NCBI GenBank assembly: GCA_947627995.1
Contig: CANQYE010000003.1
Span: 1,304 to 65,303 of the forward strand
Length of the DNA stretch: 64,000 nucleotides
Direction: 5' to 3'
DNA from: an uncultured Bacilli bacterium
Lineage (GTDB): Bacteria > Bacillota_I > Bacilli_A > RF39 > UBA660
Positions 20,110 to 30,768 of this stretch are shown here, piece after piece. The number at the start of each line of letters is the position of its first letter. Position 1 is the first letter of the stretch. The position numbers and the translations under genes were made by a program. Under the pieces are notes generated by a model that was not told the DNA's origin, ran no database searches, and worked only from the letters and a program-made list of their open reading frames with translations.

Positions 20110-20631
20110 ATGATTTTTTTTAAAAAGAATAAAAATAAAATCATATTTATTATTTTATTATTTATGATTTGTAGTGTTATAGGTTATATTTATGAAGAAA
20201 TTTTATTTTTAATTACTAAGCATAAATTTGTAGATCGTGGTTATTTGTACGGTCCTTATTTACCTATATATGGTTATGGAGGAGTTTTAGTATATTTATT
20301 ATTTAATAAATTTAAAAGAAATCCATTAATTATTTTTCTTTTTTCATCTTTAACATGTGGGGGATTGGAATTAATTGTAGGATTTTTATTAAAAACATTA
20401 CAAAATAAAAGATTATGGAATTATAAAGGTCATTTTTTAAATATTGGTGGTTTTGTTTGTTTAAGTTCCGTAATTGCTTTTGGAGTTGGTGGTCTTTGTT
20501 TAATTTATATTTTAATACCACTTCTAAAAAAATTAATGTTTAATGTAAATAAAAATATATTAAAAATAATTTGTTTAATGTTTATATTTGTTTTTATTAT
20601 AGATCATATATTTTGTATAATATATAAATAA
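20110..20631 (+). CDS. Polytopic membrane protein, hypothetical (possibly DUF1113-like)
   Basis: It has 4-5 TM segments and a GPYLPIYGYGG motif. The family is uncertain. Confidence 0.4.
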   Translation: MIFFKKNKNKIIFIILLFMICSVIGYIYEEILFLITKHKFVDRGYLYGPYLPIYGYGGVLVYLLFNKFKRNPLIIFLFSSLTCGGLELIVGFLLKTLQNKRLWNYKGHFLNIGGFVCLSSVIAFGVGGLCLIYILIPLLKKLMFNVNKNILKIICLMFIFVFIIDHIFCIIYK

Positions 20632-20724
20632 TTTACAAAAAAATGTAAATTATTTTTTTGTATCTAATTTTTATTTAAACTTTTTAAAAAAGTGGTTATA
20701 ATTAAAATAAGAGGTAGATCATAA

Positions 20725-23061
20725 ATGAAAAGTTTAAATAGTAAAGAATTAAAAGCACTTGATGGTTACTTTAGAGCTGCAAATTATTTAACGGTAGGTG
20801 AACTCTATTTGCTAGATAATCCTTTATTAAAGCGTCCTTTAAAAATAGAGGATATTAAAAAAAAATTAGTTGGACATTGGGGAACAACTCCGGGACAAAA
20901 TTTTATTTACACTCACTTAAATCGTATAATATGTAAATATAATTTAGATATGATTTATATATCAGGCCCTGGACATGGCGGAGGATGCGTTTTATCTAAT
21001 AGTTATCTAGAGGGTACATATAGTGAAATTTATCCAAATATTACTCAAGATGAAGAAGGACTAAAAAAATTATTTAAACGCTTTTCTTTTCCAGGTGGTA
21101 CATCATCACATGCGGAAGCTGGGATTCCTGGATCAATTAATGAAGGTGGAGAATTAGGTTATTCTTTAGCTCATGCATTTGGGGCAGTACTTGATAATCC
21201 TAATTTAATTGCAGCTTGTGTTATTGGGGACGGAGAGGCAGAAACTGGTCCGCTTGCTGCAAGTTGGCATTGTAATAAATTTTTAAATCCTAAAACTGAT
21301 GGATACGTACTTCCAATATTGCATCTAAATGGATATAAAATAGCTAACCCAACGATTTTAGCAAGAATGAGTGAAAAAAAGTTAATATCTTATTTTAAAG
21401 GATTAGGTTGGGATCCTATTATTGTTTCCCAGGATAATATAAAAGTAATGCATGAAAATATGGCAACCTCATTAGACAAAATAGTAAAACAAATTAAAAA
21501 AAATAAAACATTAAATAATAAAATAAAATTTCCAATGCTAATTTTACGTACGTTAAAGGGTTGGACTGGTCCAAAAAAAATTGCAAATAAAAAAATTGAA
21601 GGTAATTTTCGATCACATCAAATTCCATTTGAAGTAAGAGAAGATGATCAAAAAAATTTACATTTATTAGAATCATGGTTAAAAAGTTATAAAGCAAATG
21701 AGTTATTTGACGAAAAAGGAAAATTAAAAAAAGAATATTGTTTATTTATTCCAAAAGGAACAAAAAGAATGAGCGCATCGCTATATGCTAATGGTGGTAA
21801 AATTCTAAAAGAACTAAAAATTCCAGATTTTCGAGATTATATGATTGATATAAAAAAGCCTGGAACTATTGTTGCATCTGATATGATGGAATTAGGGAAA
21901 TTTGTTAAAGATATTATAAAATATAATGAAAGCAATAAAAATTTTCGAATTTTTGCTCCAGATGAAACATTATCTAATCGTTTAAATTATGTATTTGAAG
22001 CAACTGATAAAAAATGGAATAGTAAAGTAATTAATCAAGATGAGCATTTAAATAAAAATGGCAGAGTAATTGATAGTATTCTTTCCGAACATTTATGTGA
22101 AGGATGGTTAGAAGGATATTTACTTACTGGAAGACATGGTTTTATTACAAGCTATGAAGCTTTTACAAGAATAATAGACTCAATGACAAGTCAACATGCT
22201 AAATGGTTAAAAATATGTAATGAACTTTCTTGGCGTGCTTCTATTTCATCATTAAATTATGTTCTAACTTCTCATGTATGGCAACAAGATCATAATGGTT
22301 ATACGCACCAAGATCCTGGTTTTTTAAATCATGTTATAACTAAAAAAGCAAATATAGTAAGAGCATACCTTCCTCCAGATGCTAATTGTTTAATTTCTTG
22401 TTTTGATCATTGTATTAAAAGTAAAAACTATATTAATGTCATAATTGCATCTAAACATCCAAGACAACAATGGTTAAATAAAAAACAGGCAATAAAACAT
22501 TGTACTTCAGGAATTGGTATTTGGTCTTGGGCTTCTACAGATAATTTAGAAAGCCCAGATGTTGTATTAGCGTGTGCAGGAGATACTCCGACACTTGAAG
22601 TATTAGCTGCTACAACTATACTTAAAAAGTATTTACCTACTTTAAAAATTAGAGTAGTAAACGTTGTTGATTTAATGCGTCTTGTATCTCATGATAAACA
22701 TCCGCATGGTTTAAAAGATGAAGAATATGATATGATTTTTACAAAAGATAAACCTATAATTTTCGCTTTTCATGGCTACCCAAATTTAATTCATGAATTA
22801 ACATATAAAAGACATAATCAAAACCTTCATGTTAAAGGATATATAGAAGAAGGTACTATAACAACACCATTTGATATGAGAGTTTTAAATGAAATAGATA
22901 GATATCATTTGGTAATGAGTGTTATTAAAAATGTACCATCTTTACAAAAAAAATCTGAAAATTTAATAAAATATTGTCAAGATAAGCTAATAGAACATAA
23001 AAAATATATTTATGAAAATGGTATTGATATGCCAGAAATTATCAATTGGAAATGGGAATAG
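20725..23061 (+). CDS. xfp: Xylulose-5-phosphate/fructose-6-phosphate phosphoketolase
   Basis: GHWGTTPGQNFIY and the EGGELGYSLAHA signature are present, with TPP-binding GDGEAETG. Length is 778 aa. Confidence 0.9.
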   Translation: MKSLNSKELKALDGYFRAANYLTVGELYLLDNPLLKRPLKIEDIKKKLVGHWGTTPGQNFIYTHLNRIICKYNLDMIYISGPGHGGGCVLSNSYLEGTYSEIYPNITQDEEGLKKLFKRFSFPGGTSSHAEAGIPGSINEGGELGYSLAHAFGAVLDNPNLIAACVIGDGEAETGPLAASWHCNKFLNPKTDGYVLPILHLNGYKIANPTILARMSEKKLISYFKGLGWDPIIVSQDNIKVMHENMATSLDKIVKQIKKNKTLNNKIKFPMLILRTLKGWTGPKKIANKKIEGNFRSHQIPFEVREDDQKNLHLLESWLKSYKANELFDEKGKLKKEYCLFIPKGTKRMSASLYANGGKILKELKIPDFRDYMIDIKKPGTIVASDMMELGKFVKDIIKYNESNKNFRIFAPDETLSNRLNYVFEATDKKWNSKVINQDEHLNKNGRVIDSILSEHLCEGWLEGYLLTGRHGFITSYEAFTRIIDSMTSQHAKWLKICNELSWRASISSLNYVLTSHVWQQDHNGYTHQDPGFLNHVITKKANIVRAYLPPDANCLISCFDHCIKSKNYINVIIASKHPRQQWLNKKQAIKHCTSGIGIWSWASTDNLESPDVVLACAGDTPTLEVLAATTILKKYLPTLKIRVVNVVDLMRLVSHDKHPHGLKDEEYDMIFTKDKPIIFAFHGYPNLIHELTYKRHNQNLHVKGYIEEGTITTPFDMRVLNEIDRYHLVMSVIKNVPSLQKKSENLIKYCQDKLIEHKKYIYENGIDMPEIINWKWE

Positions 23062-23065
23062 ACTT

Positions 23066-23419
23066 TTATGGTCTATTTTTTAAATTATCAATTTCTTTTT
23101 GCATTACTTGAACAACTTGACTTAAAAATTCAAATTCTTCACGAACGTTTTGATTACTTTTTTTTCTTGGACCAGTATATGGGCTGCCACCACTTTTAGC
23201 TTGTTTACTATTTATATTTATATTTGTATTATCAATTCTTCCTTCGATGAGTTGCTGTTGGGCTGAAACGGTTTCTAAATATTGTGCAACCAAAAATATC
23301 CAGTTAGAAATGCTATTTAATTCATTTGTATTAAAATCTCCAACTAATGCAACGCCAACAGCTACAGCACTTAATGAAAATGCTTGCGGATCAATATTAG
23401 GTGGAAAGTTTTCACTCAT
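23066..23419 (-). CDS. Hypothetical protein (117 aa)
   Basis: The ORF has a GGAAAGGAG Shine-Dalgarno sequence before its second ATG (MSENFPP...). A Gly/Ala/Val-rich segment is followed by a Q/N-rich C-terminus. No known motif. Confidence 0.45.
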   Translation of the reverse strand: MSENFPPNIDPQAFSLSAVAVGVALVGDFNTNELNSISNWIFLVAQYLETVSAQQQLIEGRIDNTNININSKQAKSGGSPYTGPRKKSNQNVREEFEFLSQVVQVMQKEIDNLKNRP

Positions 23420-23544
23420 AAAAACTCTCCTTTCCAAATACCTTTATTTAAATTTATGTAAAAATAATATCTTTAATGTAAATTAAAATTAAAAAAAATA
23501 TATTCTACCTTAAATTATGTGTTATTCTAATAATAGGTGGTTAT

Positions 23545-24900
23545 ATGTTTAACGAAAATATTTTAAGAGAGTATGATATACGTGGAAAATATAAAATAGA
23601 TTTTGATGAAAATTTTGCTTATGTTTTAGGCCAAGCATATGGTACTTTTTTGCAAAATAATAAATTTAAAACATGTGTTGTTGGCAGAGATATTAGAAAC
23701 TCATCTGATATATTACAAGAATATCTTTGTAGGGGATTAATTAGCACTGGTATTAAAATTTTTGATATTGGTAAAGTAACTACTCCGATGACTGCTTTTT
23801 CAACAATTAAATTTAATTCGCCTGCAATAATGGTAACAGCATCACATAATCCAAAAGATGAAAATGGCTTTAAATTATTTTTGAATAATAATTACTCCCT
23901 ATGTGGAGATGAAATAAAAAAATTTTATGATTATTTAAAAAAAACTAATTTTAAAATTGGAAAAGGTAAAATTAAAAAAGTAAATATATTTAAATCATAC
24001 CTTAAATCGATGTTTAAAGGATTATCTTTTGGTAAGAAAAAAATCAAAGTTATTATTGATCCTGGTAATGGCTCAGGAGCTTTATTTATAAAAAAAATTA
24101 TGAAAAAAGTAAATGCTTATTATGAAATAATATGTTCAAAACCTGATGGAAATTTTCCTTATCATCATCCAGATCCTAGCGTTTTAGAAAATATGAAAAT
24201 GCTTCAAGAAAAAGTATTAGAAACAAAAGCGGATTTAGGAATAGCTTATGATGGTGATGCTGATAGAGTTGGAATTGTTTCTGAAAAAGGGGAAGTTATC
24301 ACTCCCGATCTTTTAATGCTTATCGTTTGGAAAAATATTATTAATAATACTGCAAAAAAAGAATGTTTATTTGATGTAAAATGTTCAATGGCATTAAAAA
24401 ATGGATTAAAAAAAATTGGAGTTAAGCCTATATTATATAAAACCGGTGCAAGTTTAGTTAAAAATAAAATAAATGCAGATAAAATTTTGTTTGGTGGAGA
24501 ATATTCTGGACATCTAGTATTTAATGATAAATATTTGGGTATTGATGATGGCATATATTCAGGATTAAGATTTATTGAAATATTAAGTAATTCTGATAAA
24601 CCTATAAGTTCCTATTTACTTGATTGTCCAAAATATTATGAAGTTCCAGAAACAAAATTTAAAACAAATGATAATCTTAAACATGAAATTATAAATAATA
24701 TAAAAAAAGAATTAGAAAAAGAAAATTTAAATATTATCCAAATAGATGGTATAAGAATTGAAACAGATGATTATATGATTAGTTTAAGAGCTTCTAATAC
24801 TGGCCCAAATCTAACTCTAAGAATTGAAGCAACTTCAATTGAACTTAAAGAAGAATTATTAAAAAAATATTCAAATTTAATTAATAAATATAACACATAA
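23545..24900 (+). CDS. Alpha-D-phosphohexomutase (phosphomannomutase/phosphoglucomutase family)
   Basis: The active-site TASHNPKDENG, the N-terminal YDIRG and the C-terminal RASNTGP motifs are present. Confidence 0.8.
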   Translation: MFNENILREYDIRGKYKIDFDENFAYVLGQAYGTFLQNNKFKTCVVGRDIRNSSDILQEYLCRGLISTGIKIFDIGKVTTPMTAFSTIKFNSPAIMVTASHNPKDENGFKLFLNNNYSLCGDEIKKFYDYLKKTNFKIGKGKIKKVNIFKSYLKSMFKGLSFGKKKIKVIIDPGNGSGALFIKKIMKKVNAYYEIICSKPDGNFPYHHPDPSVLENMKMLQEKVLETKADLGIAYDGDADRVGIVSEKGEVITPDLLMLIVWKNIINNTAKKECLFDVKCSMALKNGLKKIGVKPILYKTGASLVKNKINADKILFGGEYSGHLVFNDKYLGIDDGIYSGLRFIEILSNSDKPISSYLLDCPKYYEVPETKFKTNDNLKHEIINNIKKELEKENLNIIQIDGIRIETDDYMISLRASNTGPNLTLRIEATSIELKEELLKKYSNLINKYNT

Positions 24901-24946
24901 AACTTATAATAATAAGTTTTTTTTCATATTATATATAGGTGATATT

Positions 24947-25603
24947 GTGAAACTAATTGCTCATCGAGGATTTTATAATAAAGAAATACAAGAAAATACA
25001 TTATTATCATTTAAAAATGCCTATAAATGTGATGAATTTGTAGGTTTTGAGTTTGATATTAGAGAAACAAAAGATAAAAAATTTGTAGTATGTCATGATG
25101 CAACCATTGATCGAGTAAGTAATGGTTTTGGTTTAATTGAAAAATATACATTAAAGGAATTACAAAAATTTAATTTTGGTACTAAAAAAAATCCATGCAA
25201 AATAACTACTTTAGAGGAAGTTTTAAATACATTCCCAAATAAAATTAAATTAATTGAAATAAAAAAAATTCAATCTTATAAAAAATTTGTAAACATTTTA
25301 AATAAATATAATAATATTTGGGTTTGTAGTTTTAGTAATAAAACAATGAATGAAGTTTGTAAATACAAAAGAAATTTCAAAATTGGTATTTTAAATAATA
25401 TTATTAATTCAAGCTCTACATATAATCAATACGATTTTGTAGCACTATACTATAGAATTGCTACTGAAGCATTAATAAATTATTTTAATGGTCGCAATAT
25501 TAATGTATTATTATTTGGAATAGGCAATATTTTAAATAAAAAAAATATTAGTGATTTTTTCATAAAAAAATGTTACTTAGTTATAAATAAAGAATATTAT
25601 TAA
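24947..25603 (+). CDS. Glycerophosphodiester phosphodiesterase family protein
   Basis: IAHRGF...ENTLLSF...FEFDIRETKDKKFVVCHDATIDR matches the GDPD motifs. Translation starts at GTG after an AGGTGA Shine-Dalgarno sequence. Confidence 0.7.
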   Translation: MKLIAHRGFYNKEIQENTLLSFKNAYKCDEFVGFEFDIRETKDKKFVVCHDATIDRVSNGFGLIEKYTLKELQKFNFGTKKNPCKITTLEEVLNTFPNKIKLIEIKKIQSYKKFVNILNKYNNIWVCSFSNKTMNEVCKYKRNFKIGILNNIINSSSTYNQYDFVALYYRIATEALINYFNGRNINVLLFGIGNILNKKNISDFFIKKCYLVINKEYY

Positions 25604-25669
25604 AGGATATTTATAAAAATATTGAAAAAAAAGGAAAATAAGATATAATTATAATAGTAGGTGGTATGT

Positions 25670-27553
25670 GTGAGAAAACTAAAAAAAATATGGAATAAAC
25701 ATAATAAAAAGAGGAAAATTGCTATAATAATTATTGGAATTTTAGATCTATTACTTATAATTTTTGCAATTATTAGATTATTTAATATTAATGAAGATGA
25801 CAAAAAAGTAATAATCGAAAAAGAAAATTTTATTTATGATAATGGTACATTAAAATTGCTAGATGAAAAAGGAAAAATTATTGGAAATTATCAATGCAAA
25901 AATAAAAATCAAAATAATTGTTTTGTAGCTTATGAAACTAATGATGATAATTTTGATACAGATAAAAATGTTTATGAGAATAATAAAAATATAAAACAAA
26001 GAAGTAAAATATATAATAATCGTTTTGTTTTTATTAGTGATAATGCCGAAGGAAAAAATGAAAATATAAAATTATATGATATTAAAAAGAAAGAAATTCT
26101 TGAGACATATTATAGTATAAAATCATATAACGACAAAAATAATTTTATTGTTGTTAGCGATAAAAACAATAAATATAATTTAATTACCTTAGACAAAAAA
26201 ATAAATAATATTTTAAAAAATAATTATGATTATATTGGGAAAATTTTAGATAATAGTGATATGACTATTGTAAAAACAAATAAAACATATGAAATACTTG
26301 ATGAAAATAACAATTCAATATTTAGTACTAATGAAGAAATAAAATATTTCGATAAAAATAGTATTGTAATTAAAGATGATAATGGATATAAAGTTTTAAA
26401 CTATAATAATGAAATATTATTAGAAAAATCTAAATTTATAACTTTAAAAAATAATTATATAATATATATTAATGATGAGAAATTAAATATAATGGATATA
26501 GACAAAAATAGCATTATACCGGAAAGTCTTGAATTAAAAAACAATAATTATATTCCAAAATATATTTTTACTAAAGAATTGAAACAAAGATCCGTAAAAA
26601 GAGCTTTTGATTTAGATCAAGATAATGAAAATTTAACGATAACAATTTTTGAAGAAAATAATAAACATTTATATAAATATAATTTAAATGATATCAAAAA
26701 TAATAAGGAACTCGTTTATTATAGTTATTATGACGGACGTTTATATTTTTATAGCGATTTGCAAAAAACAAAATTATCAGGAATATATAATTGTACTAAT
26801 AAATCTTTAAATAAATGTTATATAGCTAAAGATGCGTCTAATACTGATTTATCTACTCCAATTTTTTCTAATCGTTTTGTTTTTGTATACGATTCTGCAT
26901 CAAATGGTAATGGAGATATAAAAGTTAATTTAATTGATTTAAAAACAAATAAAAAACTTGGAAATTACATTGAAGTTACAACTAATAGTTCACAATATGA
27001 AAATAATAAAACAAACACTTTTATAGTTAATGATATCGCTTATGTTTCAGCTAAAAATAAAAATTCAAAAATAGGCATGTTAAAAATAATTAAAGGTAGT
27101 GTTACAAAAAATGTTTCTTTTGATTACGATGATTTAGAAATAATAAATAGTAATTATATAAAAGGAATTAAGGATAACAAAAATGTATTATTAGATTTTA
27201 GTGGCAATGATTTAAAAGATTTTTATTCTAAAACTTATTATGTTATTAAAAATAATAATAGCAATTATGAGATTTATAATTTCGAAAACAATAATAAAGT
27301 AATAGATGGCTCATTTGCATATGTAAAATTTTATCAAGACTATTTAGCTGCAGTAAATCAGGCAAATGTTTTATATATATATAATTATAATGCTCAAAAA
27401 CTTATCGATGGAATTGGAGTTACAAATAATAAAGATTTTACAATTAAAGTTAGCAGTGATACAGCTACTATTACTACTAGTTTGCAAACATTGATATATA
27501 ATACTAAAACTATCCCATGGACACAAGAAATAGAAAAGACTGCTGAGGAATAA
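25670..27553 (+). CDS. Membrane-anchored N/K-rich repeat protein (degenerate WG-like repeats), hypothetical
   Basis: It has an N-terminal TM and internal repeats CxNKxxNxC...NRFVF(I/V)xD...IKLYDIKKK. Start is the GTG after the AGTAGGTGG Shine-Dalgarno sequence; the ORF track start is 25661. Confidence 0.5.
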   Translation: MRKLKKIWNKHNKKRKIAIIIIGILDLLLIIFAIIRLFNINEDDKKVIIEKENFIYDNGTLKLLDEKGKIIGNYQCKNKNQNNCFVAYETNDDNFDTDKNVYENNKNIKQRSKIYNNRFVFISDNAEGKNENIKLYDIKKKEILETYYSIKSYNDKNNFIVVSDKNNKYNLITLDKKINNILKNNYDYIGKILDNSDMTIVKTNKTYEILDENNNSIFSTNEEIKYFDKNSIVIKDDNGYKVLNYNNEILLEKSKFITLKNNYIIYINDEKLNIMDIDKNSIIPESLELKNNNYIPKYIFTKELKQRSVKRAFDLDQDNENLTITIFEENNKHLYKYNLNDIKNNKELVYYSYYDGRLYFYSDLQKTKLSGIYNCTNKSLNKCYIAKDASNTDLSTPIFSNRFVFVYDSASNGNGDIKVNLIDLKTNKKLGNYIEVTTNSSQYENNKTNTFIVNDIAYVSAKNKNSKIGMLKIIKGSVTKNVSFDYDDLEIINSNYIKGIKDNKNVLLDFSGNDLKDFYSKTYYVIKNNNSNYEIYNFENNNKVIDGSFAYVKFYQDYLAAVNQANVLYIYNYNAQKLIDGIGVTNNKDFTIKVSSDTATITTSLQTLIYNTKTIPWTQEIEKTAEE

Positions 27554-27554
27554 G

Positions 27555-28532
27555 ATGAATAAAAAAATATTTTTAGTAATTACTACAATATTATTATTTA
27601 TTTTTCTATCATTATCCGGTATTGCTTTATATCAAAAGTTTATAATAAAATTGGATATTAAAATAAAAAATAAAAATAATATTGATAATAAAAAAACAAT
27701 CACTTTAACTGATTCAAATAATAATATTATAGGGGCATATGTATGTAAGTATAAAAATTGTGATTATGCGAAATATACTACAGATGATGAAAATTATGAA
27801 TTTGAGTATCCAATTACTACCCCAAATATTTATAAAAATGTCATTAATAATCGATATGCCTTTCTATATGATTATCCAAATAAAGAGGGTAAAGCAATAA
27901 TTTTATATGATATTTTAGAAAAAAAAGAAATCACAACATTTAAAAATTTTAAAAATTATTATACTGATTTAGAAAATAATAAATTTATAGTTCAAAATCA
28001 AGATAATTTATGGGGAATTATTTCCTTAATAGATGATTATAAAATATTATGTGATTTAAAATTCAATTATATTTCTGTAAAAGATACATTAGATAGCGAA
28101 AGTAATAATTTAATTGCAGATAGATTTGTAGCAAAAAAAGATAATAAATGGATGATTATTGATGAAAATGGAAATAGTATATCTAAAACGTTTGATAGTA
28201 TGATAACATCGTATAATGGTCTTTATATTTCTATAATAAATGGCAGCAAATATTTAGTGTATGATTATGAAGGAAACTTAATGGATAACTATGAATATGA
28301 TTATATTAATTTCATTTCTAAATATGGTATTTTTGTTAATAATAATATTTTGACTATTAAAGACATAGAAAAAAACATAAAAATAAGTGAAGATATACCA
28401 CTTATAATAAATAATTATAAAAATAATAATAGTTTTGAAATTAATATAGAAAATGAACAATTAATTATTAAAATTAAAAAAGATAATTTGATTATTGAAA
28501 AAACTTATACTTATAATTTAAAACAAGAATAA
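27555..28532 (+). CDS. Paralogue of the preceding N/K-rich repeat membrane protein
   Basis: It shares the YVCKYKNCDY / NNRYAFLYD / ILYDILEKKEI motifs with the upstream protein and contains LWGII (WG-repeat-like). Confidence 0.5.
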   Translation: MNKKIFLVITTILLFIFLSLSGIALYQKFIIKLDIKIKNKNNIDNKKTITLTDSNNNIIGAYVCKYKNCDYAKYTTDDENYEFEYPITTPNIYKNVINNRYAFLYDYPNKEGKAIILYDILEKKEITTFKNFKNYYTDLENNKFIVQNQDNLWGIISLIDDYKILCDLKFNYISVKDTLDSESNNLIADRFVAKKDNKWMIIDENGNSISKTFDSMITSYNGLYISIINGSKYLVYDYEGNLMDNYEYDYINFISKYGIFVNNNILTIKDIEKNIKISEDIPLIINNYKNNNSFEINIENEQLIIKIKKDNLIIEKTYTYNLKQE

Positions 28533-28594
28533 ATAAAAATCTTGTTTTTTTAATGAAAGTATCCTATAATATTTTTTTGTTTGAAGGGGATAGG

Positions 28595-29275
28595 ATGAAT
28601 TTAAAAAATTTTTATTTAGGATTAGTTGAAAGCAATGATATAAATGATTATTTTGAATTAATTAAATACGGCCTAGATTTTGATGAAATAACAAATGTTT
28701 GCTTAAAAATAAATGAGAATAAATTCCATATTCTTTCGTTGTTTTATAAAAAAGATAATGTATTTTATAATGTTTTCAACCAAAAAATTTATAAACCTAA
28801 AAAAATTGAGCGATTCGATAAATATTTTAATGCTAAATATCAAAAATATTATGTTTCTTTTAATAATATTATAAATTTTTATATTAAAATTTTTCTAAAA
28901 AAAAGATCTATTGAAATTGCAAAACTTTTAAATAATCGAAACTATAAAACAAATAATATATATACTGCTGATTATTATTTAAAGGTGTATAATAAAGCCA
29001 AAAACATTTTTGATAATTATTTTGAGTTTGCGTTATATTATCAACTCGATTTACCTAAAGAAATGATTTTATTGCAAAACAAAGAACCATACTTTTATTT
29101 TGTATATAAAAGCTTACTGGTTAAAGAAAATGGTGTTTTTGTTAATCCTTTTAATCATGAAAAAGCTTTATTAAATTCAAAAATAGGTGATAGTTTTTAT
29201 AAAGAAATAAAACATATTAATCCAGGACAAAAAGATTTTTTAACAGTTTATAAATCGTTAAAATTAATCAAATAA
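28595..29275 (+). CDS. Hypothetical protein
   Basis: It begins at an ATG preceded by GAAGGGGATAGG. No motif recognised. Confidence 0.4.
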   Translation: MNLKNFYLGLVESNDINDYFELIKYGLDFDEITNVCLKINENKFHILSLFYKKDNVFYNVFNQKIYKPKKIERFDKYFNAKYQKYYVSFNNIINFYIKIFLKKRSIEIAKLLNNRNYKTNNIYTADYYLKVYNKAKNIFDNYFEFALYYQLDLPKEMILLQNKEPYFYFVYKSLLVKENGVFVNPFNHEKALLNSKIGDSFYKEIKHINPGQKDFLTVYKSLKLIK

Positions 29276-29328
29276 TTATTTTTTGCATATTTTTTATGAC
29301 CTACGCATAACTTTTTTTAGGTGATGCT

Positions 29329-29907
29329 ATGGGAAATATGAATAAACGTCGTAAAAAAAAAGAAAATAATTATATAAAAAGATTATTTACTAGGATTTTG
29401 TTAAGCGTTATATTACTTTTATTAAGTATTATCTTTATTAAATATTCTGATAAAAATGCTAGCTTTTATAAAAAAACAATTTTTACGAAAAATATATCAT
29501 TTACTAAAATAAACAAATTATATCAAAAATATTTAGGCAATATTTTACCTTTTGACAAAATAGTTAAAGAAGAAACAAAAATTGTTTTTAATGAAACGCT
29601 TAAATATAGTAAAAAGAATAATTATAAAAATGGGGTAGAATTGACTGTCAAAAACAATTATTTAACCCCTGTAATCGAAAGTGGTATTGTAGTTTTTATT
29701 GGTGAAAAAGATGATTATGGTAAAACTATAATAATACAAGGAATTAATGGAATAGATTATTGGTATGGAAATATTACTAATGAGAGCGTCAAATTATATG
29801 ATTATGTCGAAAAAAAATCACTTTTAGGCGAAAGTAAAACAGATAAACTTTATATCGTATTACAAAAAGATGGGCAATATGTTAAATTTGATGACTACAT
29901 TAAATAA
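29329..29907 (+). CDS. SpoIVFA-like membrane protein with a degenerate LytM/M23 domain
   Basis: It has an N-terminal TM and a C-terminal IIQGINGIDYWYGNITNESVKLYDYVEKKSLLGE...LYIVLQKDGQYVKFDDYI (M23 fold without catalytic His). It lies directly upstream of the M50 protease as in spoIVFA-spoIVFB. Confidence 0.5.
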   Translation: MGNMNKRRKKKENNYIKRLFTRILLSVILLLLSIIFIKYSDKNASFYKKTIFTKNISFTKINKLYQKYLGNILPFDKIVKEETKIVFNETLKYSKKNNYKNGVELTVKNNYLTPVIESGIVVFIGEKDDYGKTIIIQGINGIDYWYGNITNESVKLYDYVEKKSLLGESKTDKLYIVLQKDGQYVKFDDYIK

Positions 29908-30655
29908 AATAAAAATTAATAATATAACATACTTTTTTATTATATCTGCATTAATTACAGGAATGTTTAAAGAACTTATTATAATTATTTCCATTTTATT
30001 AGTGCATGAACTTGGACATATATTTGTAATTAAACTATTAAAATATGAAATTTCATATATTGAATTTTTACCTTTTGGTGGAAGAATACATTTAAAAAAA
30101 GATGTTAACTCTAAATTGATTCATGATTTTTTGATAGCAATTTTCGGTTTATTATTTCAACTATTATTTTATTACATCGTTTTCATATTTTATATAAAAG
30201 GATTAATTAGAAATATTGATTTCAATAATTTTGCTTCTTATAATTTAAGTATTTTTATTTTTAATTTGCTCCCTATAATACCATTAGATGGTTATTATAT
30301 TTGTAAAAGTATATGGGAAAAATTTTTATGTATTAAAAAATCGTTCATAATATGTTTAATAATTTCATTTATAACTTTATTAATATTTTTTTATATCAAT
30401 TTATATTATAAATTTAATAACTATATAATAGTTCTTTTTCTTGGATATAAATTTATTGATGAAATAAGTAATTATAAATATATTTATAATAGATTTCTAT
30501 TAGAAAGATATCTAAAAAATTATCGTTTTAAAAAAATAAAAGTTATTAATAAGATAACTAATATGTCTAAAGAAAGAACACATTTTTTTATCAAAAATGG
30601 AACTTTATTAAAAGAAAAAGAATATTTAAATAATTGGTTTGACAAAAGAATTTAG
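29870..30655 (+). CDS. Site-2 protease (peptidase M50, SpoIVFB-like)
   Basis: The HExxH motif LLVHELGHIFV in a TM helix and the NLLPIIPLDGY LDG motif are present. Confidence 0.7.
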   Translation: MGNMLNLMTTLNKIKINNITYFFIISALITGMFKELIIIISILLVHELGHIFVIKLLKYEISYIEFLPFGGRIHLKKDVNSKLIHDFLIAIFGLLFQLLFYYIVFIFYIKGLIRNIDFNNFASYNLSIFIFNLLPIIPLDGYYICKSIWEKFLCIKKSFIICLIISFITLLIFFYINLYYKFNNYIIVLFLGYKFIDEISNYKYIYNRFLLERYLKNYRFKKIKVINKITNMSKERTHFFIKNGTLLKEKEYLNNWFDKRI

Positions 30656-30689
30656 ATTTGATAAAATTTATTATGTATTTAAAGAGCTT

Positions 30690-30768
30690 TCTTTAAAACC
30701 GCACTAAAAAGGTTTAAAAACATTTAATGTACCTTAAGGGCGCGTCTTATATAAAAGGAGGTATGAAA
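30690..30768 (+). promoter_or_regulatory. Possible L21-leader-type structured 5' UTR that sequesters the rplU Shine-Dalgarno sequence
   Basis: The hairpin ttaaaacc/ggtttaaa and the pairing of TACCTT with GAGGTA overlap the GGAGG Shine-Dalgarno sequence. Confidence 0.3.
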
